From assembly GCF_009914755.1 (NCBI RefSeq), contig NC_060944.1: 64,000 nucleotides of DNA. One strand, given 5' to 3'. Below the pieces are notes generated by a model, which saw only the letters and a list, made by a program, of their open reading frames with translations, made no database searches and was not told the origin of the DNA. Shown piece after piece: positions 29,780 through 41,614 of this stretch (position 1 is its first letter; each line of letters opens with the position of its first letter). The translations under genes were made by a program, and so were the position numbers. The DNA comes from the human T2T-CHM13v2.0 reference genome, Homo sapiens.

Positions 29780-30055
29780 CCCCTTTAATTAACAGGGAGG
29801 GCGACCAGGCCTGCTAACGGGGTGGGGTATGGAGTCGGGGTGGGGTCAAGTTCATAAAGTCCCCAAAGAATCAAGGCCTCCTTGTTTATTTTCCCGAAAA
29901 TGTTCCCCATTACCCAGAACAGCATAGGGGCCAAGCAGGCCGCAGGCAGGGAAAAAGCTTTAACCTCCCCACTGCTCAGCTCAGCACATCACTATTTGAC
30001 TTGCATTTTAAAAATAATTACAAACTTAATGAAAAAATAACCTAACCCCCAAACA
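29780..30055. promoter_or_regulatory. Candidate enhancer (nuclear receptor, FOX and homeodomain motifs)
   Basis: Unique sequence with retained CpGs: TTAATTAA 29785, GGGTCA-AGTTCA DR0 29843-29854, TCAAGGCC 29871, TGTTTAT 29883. Motif evidence only. Confidence 0.35.
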
Positions 30056-30574
30056 GGCCAGGGACTCATGGCCAGCATTGGCAGGAGCAAGCCCCTGGCA
30101 GCTGTGAGGATGAGATGCAAAGGGTATAGAGGAACCACTGGAAGACAGGGGACACCCTTTAGATGGACACTCCCTCTCTCTAGCGCCAGCTTTGGCTCCC
30201 TATTGCCCTTTGTGTCATGCCCAAATGTCTCAGCCCATGTCTTAGAGCCAGTTTTACTCAGGCCCTATGTGGAAGACACTGGAACCCAAAGAGGAAAGGA
30301 AGTTGCTCAGGTTGTGCATTGTGTGGGACCTGATGCAGGTAGTGAGGCTGGTTGGGATGGGTTCTCAGGGAAAGAGTGGAGGAAAGTGAGAATGTGTCTC
30401 TGTTACCATCTGAGCCCTGGCTGGGTATGGCCAACATGCCAGGTAAGCAGCCTTGGGAAGCAGGCACGATGATTATCCATCTTTAATATCCCAGGACTTG
30501 AGTCCAGGTCTGTCGGGCTTTTAGCCACCACACTAAGTGCTGTAAAAGGAGCTGGAGGTAGAAATGAAGTAACA

Positions 30575-30760
30575 ACAATAATAATAAGCAGCTTTCATGG
30601 ATTGTAGACTATGTGCCGTGCACTGTGCCAAGCTCTTTACCATCTCTTTTAATCTTCGCAATAACTTTATCTGGTAGGTAGTGTTATTGACCCATTTTAC
30701 AAACGACGCCCAGAGCATTGGTTCAAGGTTGTGCAGCTGGGAAATGGCCTGTACTCTTCT
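30575..30760 (-). mobile_element. MIR SINE
   Basis: AATAATAATAAGCAGC...CACTGTGCCAAGCTCTTTAC...TTTAATCTTCGCAATAAC...CCCATTTTACAAA. Confidence 0.8.
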
Positions 30761-31704
30761 ACCCTGAGAATAATGCTCTACAGTGAGTCAGGGAGTCTTG
30801 TGAGGTCTCAAGAACAGGGACCTTGTCTGTCTTATTCACTTGTGTGTCCTCAGAGCCCAGAAGAGAGACTGGCATATAATAGATATTTAATATCTGTGTT
30901 GTGAATAAGAATGAACAAATGCACCTGGACCTAGAAGTAACTTCCGATGAACCATCCCAGTTCTCCCTTCCCCATTCCGGATTATCTTTACTTACCTGGA
31001 AGTGAACAAGATATTAAGGGGCTCCAAAAGAACTGAGAAATAGAACTTGGTTTGAAAGACAGTAGGGAGCCACAGCAGGTCCTTCAGGAATGGAGTTCCA
31101 AGCTAGGGGAGTGATGGTCTTCCTGTGTCTTTATGGATTCCAGGAGCTAGTCAAGGTCAATGAGCCTTTAGCCAGAAGGTCAAGTTATCCCCAGTGGTAA
31201 GTGTTGGGGGAAGAGGAGGGCACTTCTCAGGAGTTGAGGGTCCCAAACTTGTCATGCTCATTGGTTTTGTGGCTGAGAGTGGCAGGTTCAGGCTGGCCAG
31301 CCAGCCTCTTCAGCTTGCCCATGGTAAATCCCATGATCCTGGGTCAAGGACGCCCAAACATGGTATGTCCATAGCCAGCTGACAGAATTCGTATGTCATT
31401 GAATCTTTCAACAATGGATTCTTTGAAACTTACAACTCTGGGGCCTTTGAGGTCCATCTCAGATTCTGAGGCTGTAGAAACTGTTCATTTTAGAATAATG
31501 ATAGGTACAAAACATTTACTGAGTACTTACTACTCCAGACATTGTTTACAAATATCAACGCCTTTAATCCTCACAACCACCCCAGAAGGTAGTAACAATG
31601 TGACCCCCCACTTCACAGATGTGAAGACGGAGGCACTGAAAGGTGTAACTTGCCCAGGGTCACTGGCCGCCTGGCTCTAAAGCACACAGCACTGCCTCAC
31701 AGAC

Positions 31705-31925
31705 ACTTAAAGTCGTTGAGACTTACACTCTTCAAATTTTAGAATCGTAGAAAGTCACAAGGTCAGGATCTTCAAGCCACAGAGTCTTAAAATCATAGCA
31801 CTTTAGAACCTGCCATCATTGACTCATCAAATTCTGCCGTCATAAAATCTGGGCATGTTATAATCCTGGAATTCCAGATTCTTGGGGACTTTTAAGTCAG
31901 AGAAGTTTAGATCCTGGGATATTAG
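31705..31925. repeat. Cryptic degenerate octamer array (close to AGAATCAT)
   Basis: agagtctt aaaatcat agcacttt agaacctg ... tgactcat caaattct gccgtcat aaaatctg ggcatgtt ataatcct ggaattcc agattctt. Confidence 0.55.
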
Positions 31926-32781
31926 GCTTGGATTACAGACCCTAGCCCAGTCCTCTCATATAGCACAGGGAAACTGAGGCCCACAGAAGTGACAGAAGTC
32001 CAAGAGAGGCAGAGCCTGGTGGATTCAGTGTCATGTTTGGAGGGAGAAATCGGAGTGAACAAAGAAAGCCCCTGGGCAGGCAGGAATCTGTTTGTGATTA
32101 GCAGTGGGTTTTAGTGTTGCCGAGGAATGTACCCAACGTTACCGTTACCCCCGCAGGTTGCTGCCTCCTTTCTTCCCCCTCAGATGCCCTCCTCAGAGCC
32201 CATCCTGGCCAGACTCAATATCCTGTTTCTACCACCAGCAAATTGAATTTTCAGAAGTTGGCCTCCTAACGAAGCCAGCTTAATACGTTGGAGGTTTTCT
32301 TTGCCTGCATTGCTATTTCTTGGTAGGATGCCTGCTCTTCAGGAGCCCAGAGAGGTTTTGCACACTCAAATCACAACGCCAGGAGGGATGAGGGACAGGA
32401 ACTATGGGACAGGTGGCTGGGGGCTTAGATAGACCCAGAGGTGGGAATAGAAATGGCGTGTCTCAAGGGGGAGGTGACAGGTCCACAGGGACCTCCGTAC
32501 TGCTCAGGCCACACCTGGGAATTTGGGGGCCTTCAGTCTTTCAGAAACATTAACCAAATGGGGTTTGTTTAGAGGAGGGATGGGGAGAGATGGGTGGGAA
32601 TCCCATGCTCTGGGAGACCTTGAGCGTGGACTAGATGGAAAGAAGCATGAATTCTAAAGTTCAGCCTCTCAGCTACTGCCCCCTTGAAGACAGACATGGG
32701 TGGAGCCCTGGGGTATAGACCTAAGATTGAATGGTGGAAACTCCATGAAGATTTTGGTTTTATCAAAATCAGTGGTTCTCA

Positions 32782-33067
32782 GGCTGGGCATGGTGGCTCA
32801 CACCTGTAATCCTGAGGCGGGCAGGTCACTTGAGATCAGGAGTTCAAGACCAGCCTGGCCAACATGGTGAAACCCCATCTCTACTAAAAATACAAAAATT
32901 AGCTGGGTGTGGCATCAGACACCTGTAGTCCCAGCTGCTCAGGAGGCTGAGGTAGGAGAATTGCATGAACATGGGAAGCAGAGGTTCCAGTGAGCCGAGA
33001 TTGCACCACTGCACTCCAGCCTGGGCAATAGAGCAAGAGCCTGTCTAAAAAAAAAAAAAAAAAAAAA
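32782..33067 (+). mobile_element. AluS with a ~16-nt left-arm deletion, inserted at the end of a Charlie element
   Basis: TGTAATCC joins directly to TGAGGCGGG (CAGCACTTTGGGAGGC missing). A21 tail. TSD CAGTGGTTCTCA / CAATGGTTCTCA. Confidence 0.95.
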
Positions 33068-33068
33068 G

Positions 33069-33555
33069 CAATGGTTCTCAAAGTACAGTACAGTCCAGAA
33101 TCTGTGGGGTTCCTGAGACCATTCCAGGGCATCCACATGGTCAAAACTATATTCACAACAACACTAAGACATTATTTGTTCTTCTAACCCTCAGTGGGGT
33201 TGTCCAAAGTTGATATGACATGTGATGCCACCATCACTCTGATAGCAATGAAAAAAATTAATGCAAAAACATTCATGATGAACAAAATACTAAAACTGTA
33301 AATAAAGAGAAGACTAATACTACTGATTTTTCCTTTCATCTCAGGCTTCAGTGTGAATTTTTCAAAATATTGCATTAAAATGTCCTAATTACTGATATTT
33401 TTGGCACACAAATTTTAAACCTGAGGCAAGTGCCTCGTTTAACTCACTCTAGTCCTGGCTGTGGATATAATCCACATCAACAGAAGCTTGTTGGGGTCCT
33501 CAATAATTTTTAAGGATATAAAGTGTGCTGAGATGAAAACATTTGAGAGTCACTG
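33069..33555. mobile_element. hAT-Charlie (Charlie1-like) non-autonomous element
   Basis: Termini CA(A/G)TGGTTCTCAAA ... TTTGAGAGTCACTG. Internal GGTCAAAACTATATTCACAACAACACTAAGACATTATTTG. Confidence 0.72.
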
Positions 33556-33769
33556 ATAAAAGGGATAATGTTCCATCAGCTCAAACTATCCAACAATGGA
33601 GGGGATTATATTCCAAGGTACTGAGTTCCCATCACAAGGTGTGTACAAATGGGGGGATTAAAGGATTGGGTGTGGGGAAGAGGCCTAATGTGCAGCATCT
33701 CTTGCCCAGGTGCCTCCTGTGGTCCCACCTACCTGGCATCCAATAGATCTTCTCATTTTCCCACTTGAA

Positions 33770-34350
33770 AGCTTGCAATGGTACCCCACTGTGCTCTGAG
33801 CAAAAACCCACCTCTTCTCCATGGCCTACCAGGCTCTATGTGTCCTGGCCCTGTCTCCCACTCTTTTGCCCCTAGCTTGCTCTGCTATCCCCAACCTAGC
33901 CTCTTTCTATTTCTTCAGCATGCCAAACTCTTTCTTACCTAGGGATTTTGCACACGCTGTTCCCTCTGCCTGGAACATCTTCCTCTTCACTCTTCTCATG
34001 GCTGTTCCTTGTATCTTCTGAGTTTCAACTTGACTGTTGCCTCCAGGAAGGCTTCCCTGATCACCCTATAGTAAGTAGGATTTCTCTGACATCATCTCTC
34101 AACCTCTTTTTTGCTTCCTTCATGGAAGTCATCACTGCTTTTTTATATTTACTTGTTGGCATGGATGGTTCTCATCTATTCTCTCCATGAGACCATGAGC
34201 TCCTCCAGGGCAGGAAGCCTGACTGTTCAGACATGGGGCCTCAGCACCTGACCCAGCACCTGGCATGGAGGAGGCCCTTGAGAAGTGTTTGTTAAGCAAA
34301 TAAACAAATCCTTTATGAATTAGTGAATGAATGAGTAAATGAATGAAAGA
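33770..34350 (+). mobile_element. L2 LINE 3' end
   Basis: GGCCTACCAGGCTCT...TTTGCACACGCTGTTCCCTCTGCCTGGAAC...TGAGCTCCTCCAGGGCAGG, with a (TGAA)n tail. Confidence 0.85.
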
Positions 34351-35174
34351 TTAAACAGAAAAGGCCTCTGACTGCTGATGCTCAGGCACTCACCAGGAAA
34401 CCCAAAGTAACACAGGTTGTTACTTTGATGAAACATCAGTAACCATGGCTGGATAGTGTGTGATGAAGTATTAAGCAGTAAGTGTTTGCCCACTACCCAT
34501 CAGCGCTGATCAAGTTGGAGGAGAGGGAGACTGGCCTGGCTGCAGAAATCTTGGATGAGTTGGGGCTTGAACACAAGCCTTCAGGGCTTTGCCAAGGCAG
34601 GTTCCCCTGCCTAGTTTCTCTGAAGATTCACATTGTATTCACTGTGAGGGCTCGGCTCAAATAACCCTGCCTCCTATGGCTCTTCCCTGACTCTTCTTGG
34701 GTAGGGTCGGAACACACCATCCTTGTTCTGGGTGTTATTGTATTAGGATAACCACCCTTGTCTATCACTGATTTGAAGACATTAGCTTACAGAAATGTCC
34801 CGACAGTATAGATGTTATCCCAGTTTAGAGATGAGAAAAGTAAAGGTCCCAGAAGAACTTACATTCCAGTGGAGGAGACTCATCACGGGCAAAAAACCAA
34901 ACCCACGTGTTGTGAGTGATAAGAGTTAAGGTGAAGAATGTTGCCGCGGAAGAGGAGTGGGGAGACCTCTCTGAGGGATCAAAGAGATGTGGGTACAAAT
35001 TCCATCTAATAGTGTCAGCTAAAGTTCAGTTAACTGTTACCACTAACAGTGAGTTAGCTGTTGCTTCCAGGATGTCTGTTTCACGGGGACAGGGACTATG
35101 TTCACTTTTCTGTCCCCAGCACCTAGAACAGTGAACAACACATAGTAGGTGTTCCATGTATGGTGTGAGGTGAA

Positions 35175-35400
35175 TAAAGGCCTGCCTGCATCAGGCGTTG
35201 TATATGAATTATTTTATTTAATCTCCATGGTCAGAGAGGTAAGGGTTATCATCCCCATTTTGTAGATAAGGAAATGAGGGCACAGTGAAGTTAAAGTCTA
35301 ATGACTTACCCAAGAACACCCAGATAGTAAATGGTGGAGCCCGAGTTGGATTCGAATCCAGTCCAATCTGTCTCGTATCTTAGCCACTCTCCTACACAGC
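35175..35400 (-). mobile_element. MIR SINE
   Basis: TTATCATCCCCATTTTGTAGATAAGGAAATGAGGGCACAG...TGACTTACCCAAG...GGATTCGAATCCAG. Confidence 0.82.
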
Positions 35401-36204
35401 CTTATTCTGCTCACTCACTGTGTGACCAGGGCATATTGCCTAACCTCTCATCCACTGAGGATGTCATTTTCTTTAGCTTTTGAAATAATACCCATGTCAT
35501 AGGGTTACTGTGAAAGTTTGGTTCAGGTAGAGCTCTTAGATTCCTGTCTGGCACACAGTGACACCTCTTTTCAGGTGACCCATTCTCGTTTGATATTGTC
35601 AGCCATTGTGAAATAAGAGGGTATAGAGCAAAGCTTTCCAAATGGAAAAACCTGCTATGATTTCTAGAAAGTCTTGGGAAACTTTCTAGATCAGTTATGG
35701 AGGTTGCAGAGCAGAAGGCCTCAAGGACGAGATGCAAAAACAGCACCCATGCAAGTTGACTTGTAAACTGCTTTCTTCATCCTTTAGGAGGAATTGCCCA
35801 AGAGGCAGCATTTATGGGGCATGCCCAGGGTCTCCAGGCACTGTGCTGAGGGCTCTGTATCCCGTCTGTCAATTTTTCCCAACTCTATTATACAGATGGC
35901 ACCACTGAGGCTCAGAGAGGTGAAGGGACTTGCCCAAGGCCTCATAGTGCATCAGAAACAGTCAGGACTCAGCTCAAGAAAAGGCCCCAAAGCAAGCACT
36001 CCCAACCACATGATCTAAGACCAGGGAACAAGGGGACAATGAGAGTGAGGGCAGGAAAAACGCTGGAAGATGTACCAGAGACTTAGCACTTGACTGATGG
36101 CATCTTTCCAGGCCAGTGCCCACCCCTCCTCTCCTGGCCTTCTCTTCCACCTCCCACCCTCCTGGGTTCCTGCACCATTTTCTCACTGGAGCTCCTGCCA
36201 TGCC

Positions 36205-36610
36205 TGTTATCTTCTGTTGGTTCTTGGGAAAAGACTCTGAGATGGAGATTGGCGTGCAGTGGGTTTATTGGGGAGAGTGCTCAGGAGTAAGACCAATGCA
36301 GGAGTGAGGAAAACAGGCCTGGGAGGAGTGAACAGCTGGCACAATGGAGTTACAACAGAAATCTCAGTGATCCCACAGGAGCTCTGGAGCAGAGATGGCC
36401 CTTCGGAGCTGAAGGATCGGGTCAGGCATTTTTTATCATACACCAACCACTCTTTGGCCACAGGCTGCACCTGGAACGAACGTGTCCTTGGGCAGGGCAA
36501 GTCCCTACAGCTGAGGGCCATTCCCGGCTGGGAAATATCAGCAGCTGGCAGTCCCATCAGCTGGGAAGGGTGTCTGATGAGGGAATCCATGCTAGCCCCC
36601 AGCCTCCTTT
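36205..36610 (-). mobile_element. ERVL LTR (LTR16A/LTR33-like)
   Basis: AGACTCTGAGATGGAGATTGGCGTGCAGTGGGTTTATTGGGGAG (reverse polyA signal and 3' end of the LTR16 class). Confidence 0.7.
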
Positions 36611-38904
36611 CCACCTGTCCACTGTTATCTGACAATAGCGATCATGCCACACTAGCTCACACCGGCAGAGCACTGTCTACCTCTCAGGCTCCCTACCACG
36701 TCGTGTGGTGTGTGGATTCCCTCATTCCATCCTCATGACAACCATGAGAGGGGGACACTTTCCACATGAGGAAACGGAGGCTCAGTGAGATGAAGAGCTT
36801 GCCCAGAGTCCCAAGGTGCAAGAATGCTGTAGCTGGTATTCTCACCCAAGCAGTGGGACCTATGGGTCCTATCTTGGTCCCTTATAGAAACTCCTTCCTT
36901 TAATCCAACTCAGCACTGAGTCCCCTGGAGTCAAAGCTCCTGCCCTCCAAAAGTTCATCATCCAGTGGGGGAAGTCAAGACATATACACTGGAAAGATAA
37001 GGGCTGGTAAGTGCTGTGATGAGAGGTGACCTGAGGGTGGGTGACAGGGATGTCCTGCCCAGGAAGGCAGGTGAGACAAAGTCAGTGAGTTCAGCCTCAG
37101 TGGATGAGGAGAGTGCTGTGGGAAGGATCGGGGCAGGGTGGGCTTCTAGGCAGTGGGAGCACAGGTGCAAAGACAGAGAGGGTGAAAGAGAGGGGCCCTC
37201 CAGAAATAGGGAGTGGTCTCCTGAGATGACATAGGGGTTTGGGGGAAGGAAAACAAGGTCATCAAGGTGGAGGGGCTCCAGCCTCAGGGCCCTGCATGAT
37301 ACAGTCCCTGCCCTTCCGTGAATATTTGCTGAACGAATGAATGGTTGGATGGGTGAATGAATCGCTGCTGTGGAGGGTGGATTGGAGGTTACAGAGACGG
37401 GCAGGGAGACCAGTGGGGGGTCCACAGCAAATGTCCAGGTAAGAGGAAATGGGCCCAACTTTGCAGGGACCACAGGGGTGAAGCGATGAGAGAGAGAAAG
37501 AGAGAGAGGAGCGGAACGCCGCTGGGTGTGGTGACCTAGAGCTTCTGTGGCCCATCTCTCAGTCTCACCCTGTTCCACCTCCATGCCCTGCACCATGCTG
37601 CATCCCCTGCCTGGCAGCTTTTTCCTCTCCCTCTGCATCTGCAAGTTGCACTGGCTGCCCAAGCTCTGCTTCCTCTAGGAAGTCTTATTGACCAATGCAG
37701 CTCTCCCTTACCGTGCAAGGTCACTTCCCATCTCCCTCACAGTTTAACCCTAGCAAACTCCATTTGCAGAGGCCGGTGTTCAAAATGCAATTCTCCAATT
37801 TTTGAATGCCAGGCCAACAGGGAAGCATTTAATGCCCTTCAGCAGGGGTATGATGGGATAAGTGTGAATCCATGTATCCCGTACAGGTAGGACCTCTCTG
37901 CCCCCATAGTGCCTGCTCGTTAGCCCTCTAAGGGAGGCATCTGGTAAATCTGGGCTTGGAGTTTGGAGGATCGGAAACAGGAACGACCTCTCTGGGGACA
38001 GTTCTTAAGTTCTAATGGAGCAACTCTTCACAGAGGGACTTGCAAAGCTCTTAATTAAAGTTACCATCAGAACAAAGACTCTCTGAAGCAAGAATTTGGA
38101 CCCCAATGGAGTCCTGAATCCAGGCAACCAAGCTTGCATAAGTGTGCAACACAAAGGCAAATGAGTCCCCAAGGAAGAAGAGGCTCCATCCTCAGCTTGC
38201 TGCCCTTGTCTGAGGGAAGCACCATGCCCTACAGCTGACATTTACTGAGTTTGCATCCGTTGACTCTTTTGGTTGCAGAAAACTGGCTCAGACAAAAAGG
38301 GGATTTGCTGGACTGAAAAGGCCAGGCTGGAGCTATGGTGCAGCAGGATCTAAGGGCTTAAGTGATGTCTTTAGGGTGGGGTTTCTCTCCATTTTTTTCT
38401 GCTCAGCATCCTTCAGAATCCACTTCATTCCCAGAGTCTATGAAGGTGGGGTGCACAGAGAGAGTCTGTTGGACCAGTGTGGTCACACACACACCCTGAA
38501 CCAAGGAGCACAACACCTGAGTGGCTGAGGCTGCAGGGCACGTCCCAGATTACACTGACCAAAGAGTAGGAAAATGTTCCCCATCAGAAATTGGTAGAAC
38601 AGGGAATGGATTCTGGGGAAGTAAGCAATGAACATTATCCGTAAGGGCCTACTATATGGTAAGCAGCTATTAATCGCTTTGCCAATTTATAGTTGAGGAA
38701 ACAGCCTCAGAGAGGTGAAGTCACTCTGACAGCCAGGAAGTAGGGAAAAGCAAGCTTGGAACGCAGCTCTGTCTGGTACCAGAGCTGAGGGTCTGGGGAG
38801 CTCCACCATCCTGCTTTCCAGGCAACATCTTTACCCATCTCTGTTTTGGTCCAAGGCACAAAGCTGGTGTCAGATGGCTCTTGGATAAGCCTGTGTGGGA
38901 AGGA

Positions 38905-39100
38905 CAGATAGATGGGGGTGTGTATGGATGAATGGATTGGTGAATGGATGAACAGCGGGGTGGATGGATGGGTAGGTAGAAGGGTGGATGGATTGCTGGC
39001 TGTGTGGTTTACTGGCTAGGTGGGTGGGTAAATTGGTATATGGTTAGGTGGAAGGGTGGATGTATGGATAGGTGGGTGGATGCTTGGGTGAATAAATGAA
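38905..39100. repeat. Degenerate (TGGA/TGGG)n simple repeat
   Basis: ATGGATGAATGGATTGGTGAATGGATG...GTGGATGGATGGGTAGGTAG...GGATGTATGGATAGGTGGGTGGATG. Confidence 0.8.
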
Positions 39101-39869
39101 ATGGCAACTGAAAGGACAGGTGGAAGGATGTGTGGGTAACTAGATGGGAGGGTGAATAGAATAATGCTGACATAAGCATTAACAATTATGTCTAGCCTCT
39201 TGCCCCTCTCTTCCCAACTGCCTTTTCCAGTGGAAAAATTGAAAATCATGGACCCGGGGAACACATTCCCCTGTGGTCTGTTAATAGAGGCCCAGCAAGG
39301 CCAGCCGAGGCTGTCAACTCACCCCCCACTAGGACCCTGTCATTAGCCACACTCCCCCAACCCTGCCCTTGGGTGGAAGTATGATCTGGTGGGCACTGAG
39401 GGGCTGGGCCCATCCAGGCCCCTTATTAAGCCTTATTAAGCCCACAGACGGGGAGCAAAAAGGGGAGGAGAACTTTCTCCCAAAGGTCAGCTGTTGGAAA
39501 AAGAAGGTACAGATGTCTCTGGGGTGGTCGTCTACTCTCAGGCCACAAGGAATGTGAAAGTTTGCCTGGCCCAATCTGCTCTGCTGTCTTCTTGCAGGCT
39601 GGGAAACTGAGGCCCATACAGGAGACAGGAGGGACACACAGAAGTCGGGACAGAGCCAGACTCAAACCTCAGGCCGGCTCACAGACCATAGCCCAGCCTT
39701 TCCCTGAAACAGCCTCAGCATCAACAATGGGGAGGGAAAGGAATGGGCATGAATGGGGCTCCTGCTATATGCCAGGCCCTTGAGCAAAGCATTTTCTGTT
39801 CATGGAGCCACTGGTCTCCTCTGTATCCCCATGAGTAAAATGGAAGTTATGCCTGTCCTGTCACGGATT

Positions 39870-40940
39870 GAACAAGCATTTGTTAAACATCTGTTATACT
39901 GTGGGCCAAGCACTGGTCTAGGTGCCAGGAATATGGCATTAACTAGCCAAACAAGGTTTCTGCTTTCAGAGAGCTTACTTTCTAGACAGTGATAGAGACA
40001 GACAAATAAGTAGGTAGATAAAATGTGATATGAAGAAAATTGAGGAGTGGTATGAGATGTACAAGGATGGAAGGGACGTTCTTTGGATGAGATGGTTGGG
40101 AAGGGCCTCTCTGAGAAGGTGATCATGGTCAAGGTCATTAATTGTCCACCAAGTCCATTCTCCCCTTTGCTAGTATGTGGGCAAAGCCCACAAGTGGCTG
40201 TCCAGGCAGGGTCAACATTTCCCAGCCCTATTTGCATGCAGGTGTGGCCATGTGACTAGCTCTTACCAATAGAATGGGAGCAGAAGTGATGAGTGCCACA
40301 TCCAGGCCTAGCTTTTGAGAAGTGAGGGAGCTTCCCCCATGTTCTTGTTACTTTTCCCCTGGCTGAATTCAAATGATGGCAAGACCCCAAGATAGAGGAG
40401 CCACAAGATTAGAAGAGCCTGGATTCCTGCATCACCACATGGAGGAGAGCCACTCATTGCCCTGGCACATCCATTGCATGAGTGAGAAATAAACTTCAGG
40501 TGAGACCCAAAAGACATGTGATGAACTGGTTAGGACATTGCAGGCAGAGGAAATAGCATGTGCAAAAGGCTCAAGGCAGAACCAAGCTTGGCATGTTGGC
40601 ACAGAAAGGATACCAATGTGGCCAGAATAAATGGCACAAGAGGAGGAAATGAAGTGAACCATGCAGGCAGTGGCCTCAGTCAGGAGTCTGTATTTCAAGT
40701 GGCCCCAGTGGAGGTGGCGCCATCAGCAGGGAAGAAATACCATGTGGTTCATACTTGGAAAAGATCCCTCTGGCCACTGTGCAGAGATGAGTTGGAAGGA
40801 GGCAGGAATGGACACACCAGAGAGGAGCTGGTGCAGTCATCCTAGCCTGGATGAGGCTGGGGACATAAGAGTGAGTGAACAGAGTGGGTTTGGATATATT
40901 TTCAAGGGCTTGCTGATGGGTTGTTTGTGGAAGGTGAAGG
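39870..40940 (-). mobile_element. L2 LINE split by a plus-strand MLT1 LTR (about 40130-40510)
   Basis: L2 AACAAGCATTTGTTAAACATCTG...GGGCCTCTCTGAGAAGGTGA, resuming at CAGGCAGAGGAAATAGCATGTGCAAAAGGC. Between them lies MLT1J-like CATTTCCCAGCCCTATTTGC...GGTGTGGCCATGTGACTAG...CCAATAGAATG. Confidence 0.75.
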
Positions 40941-41614
40941 AAACCAAATAACCCACAAGCCATTAAACAAAATCTAATGCAGAAGCCAATATATATTAGT
41001 AAACACTTTAGGGGTATCTGTCTAGCTTCTAATCTTCCTTCCCTGAGAACCTCCCACTTATGCCTATCTGATAACTCTACTTATCTGATAAACTGGCCCC
41101 TCCCCTGCCCTAGCTCATGGAGCTGGAGATTGGTCCCTGACTGGGGCTCAGCCAATCAGATCATCCCTGGCTGTCAGACCCCAGTGTGTGGCTGGATGGG
41201 GAATAGGCTGGGCCCTAGCACTCTCTCCTTGATAGAGATGATGGGGTAGGGGGAAGGTCAGCAGCCCAGAAGCTGAGGAAGAATGAACTCTCCAAGGACC
41301 ACCTACCCATCCCATAGCAGGCGAAACATAGCTGCAAGTGGACTCAACCACCCTCAACCACAATTGGAGCTGCCACCAGCCAAGTGTGGAAAGGGTTGGT
41401 CTTTGCAGAGCCCTGGACTGGAAGAGGAGAGTGGGTCTCCCAGGGCAGAAAATGGGAGTGGCCAGCTCCAATTCTGTGCCTCAGGTTGGGAGACATGATC
41501 CTCTGGGTTCTTTCCATACCCTAGACAAGGATATTCCTTGTCTGAGCCTAGACAAGTTATTCCCCTGGGAAGGAGGGAGGTGCTTCTGTTTCTCCATCTG
41601 TCAGGTGGCTGAGT

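Noticed and set aside
36958-37662. 234-aa minus-strand ORF
   Set aside because: Runs through L2-derived pyrimidine-rich sequence, with no recognisable domain or exon structure.
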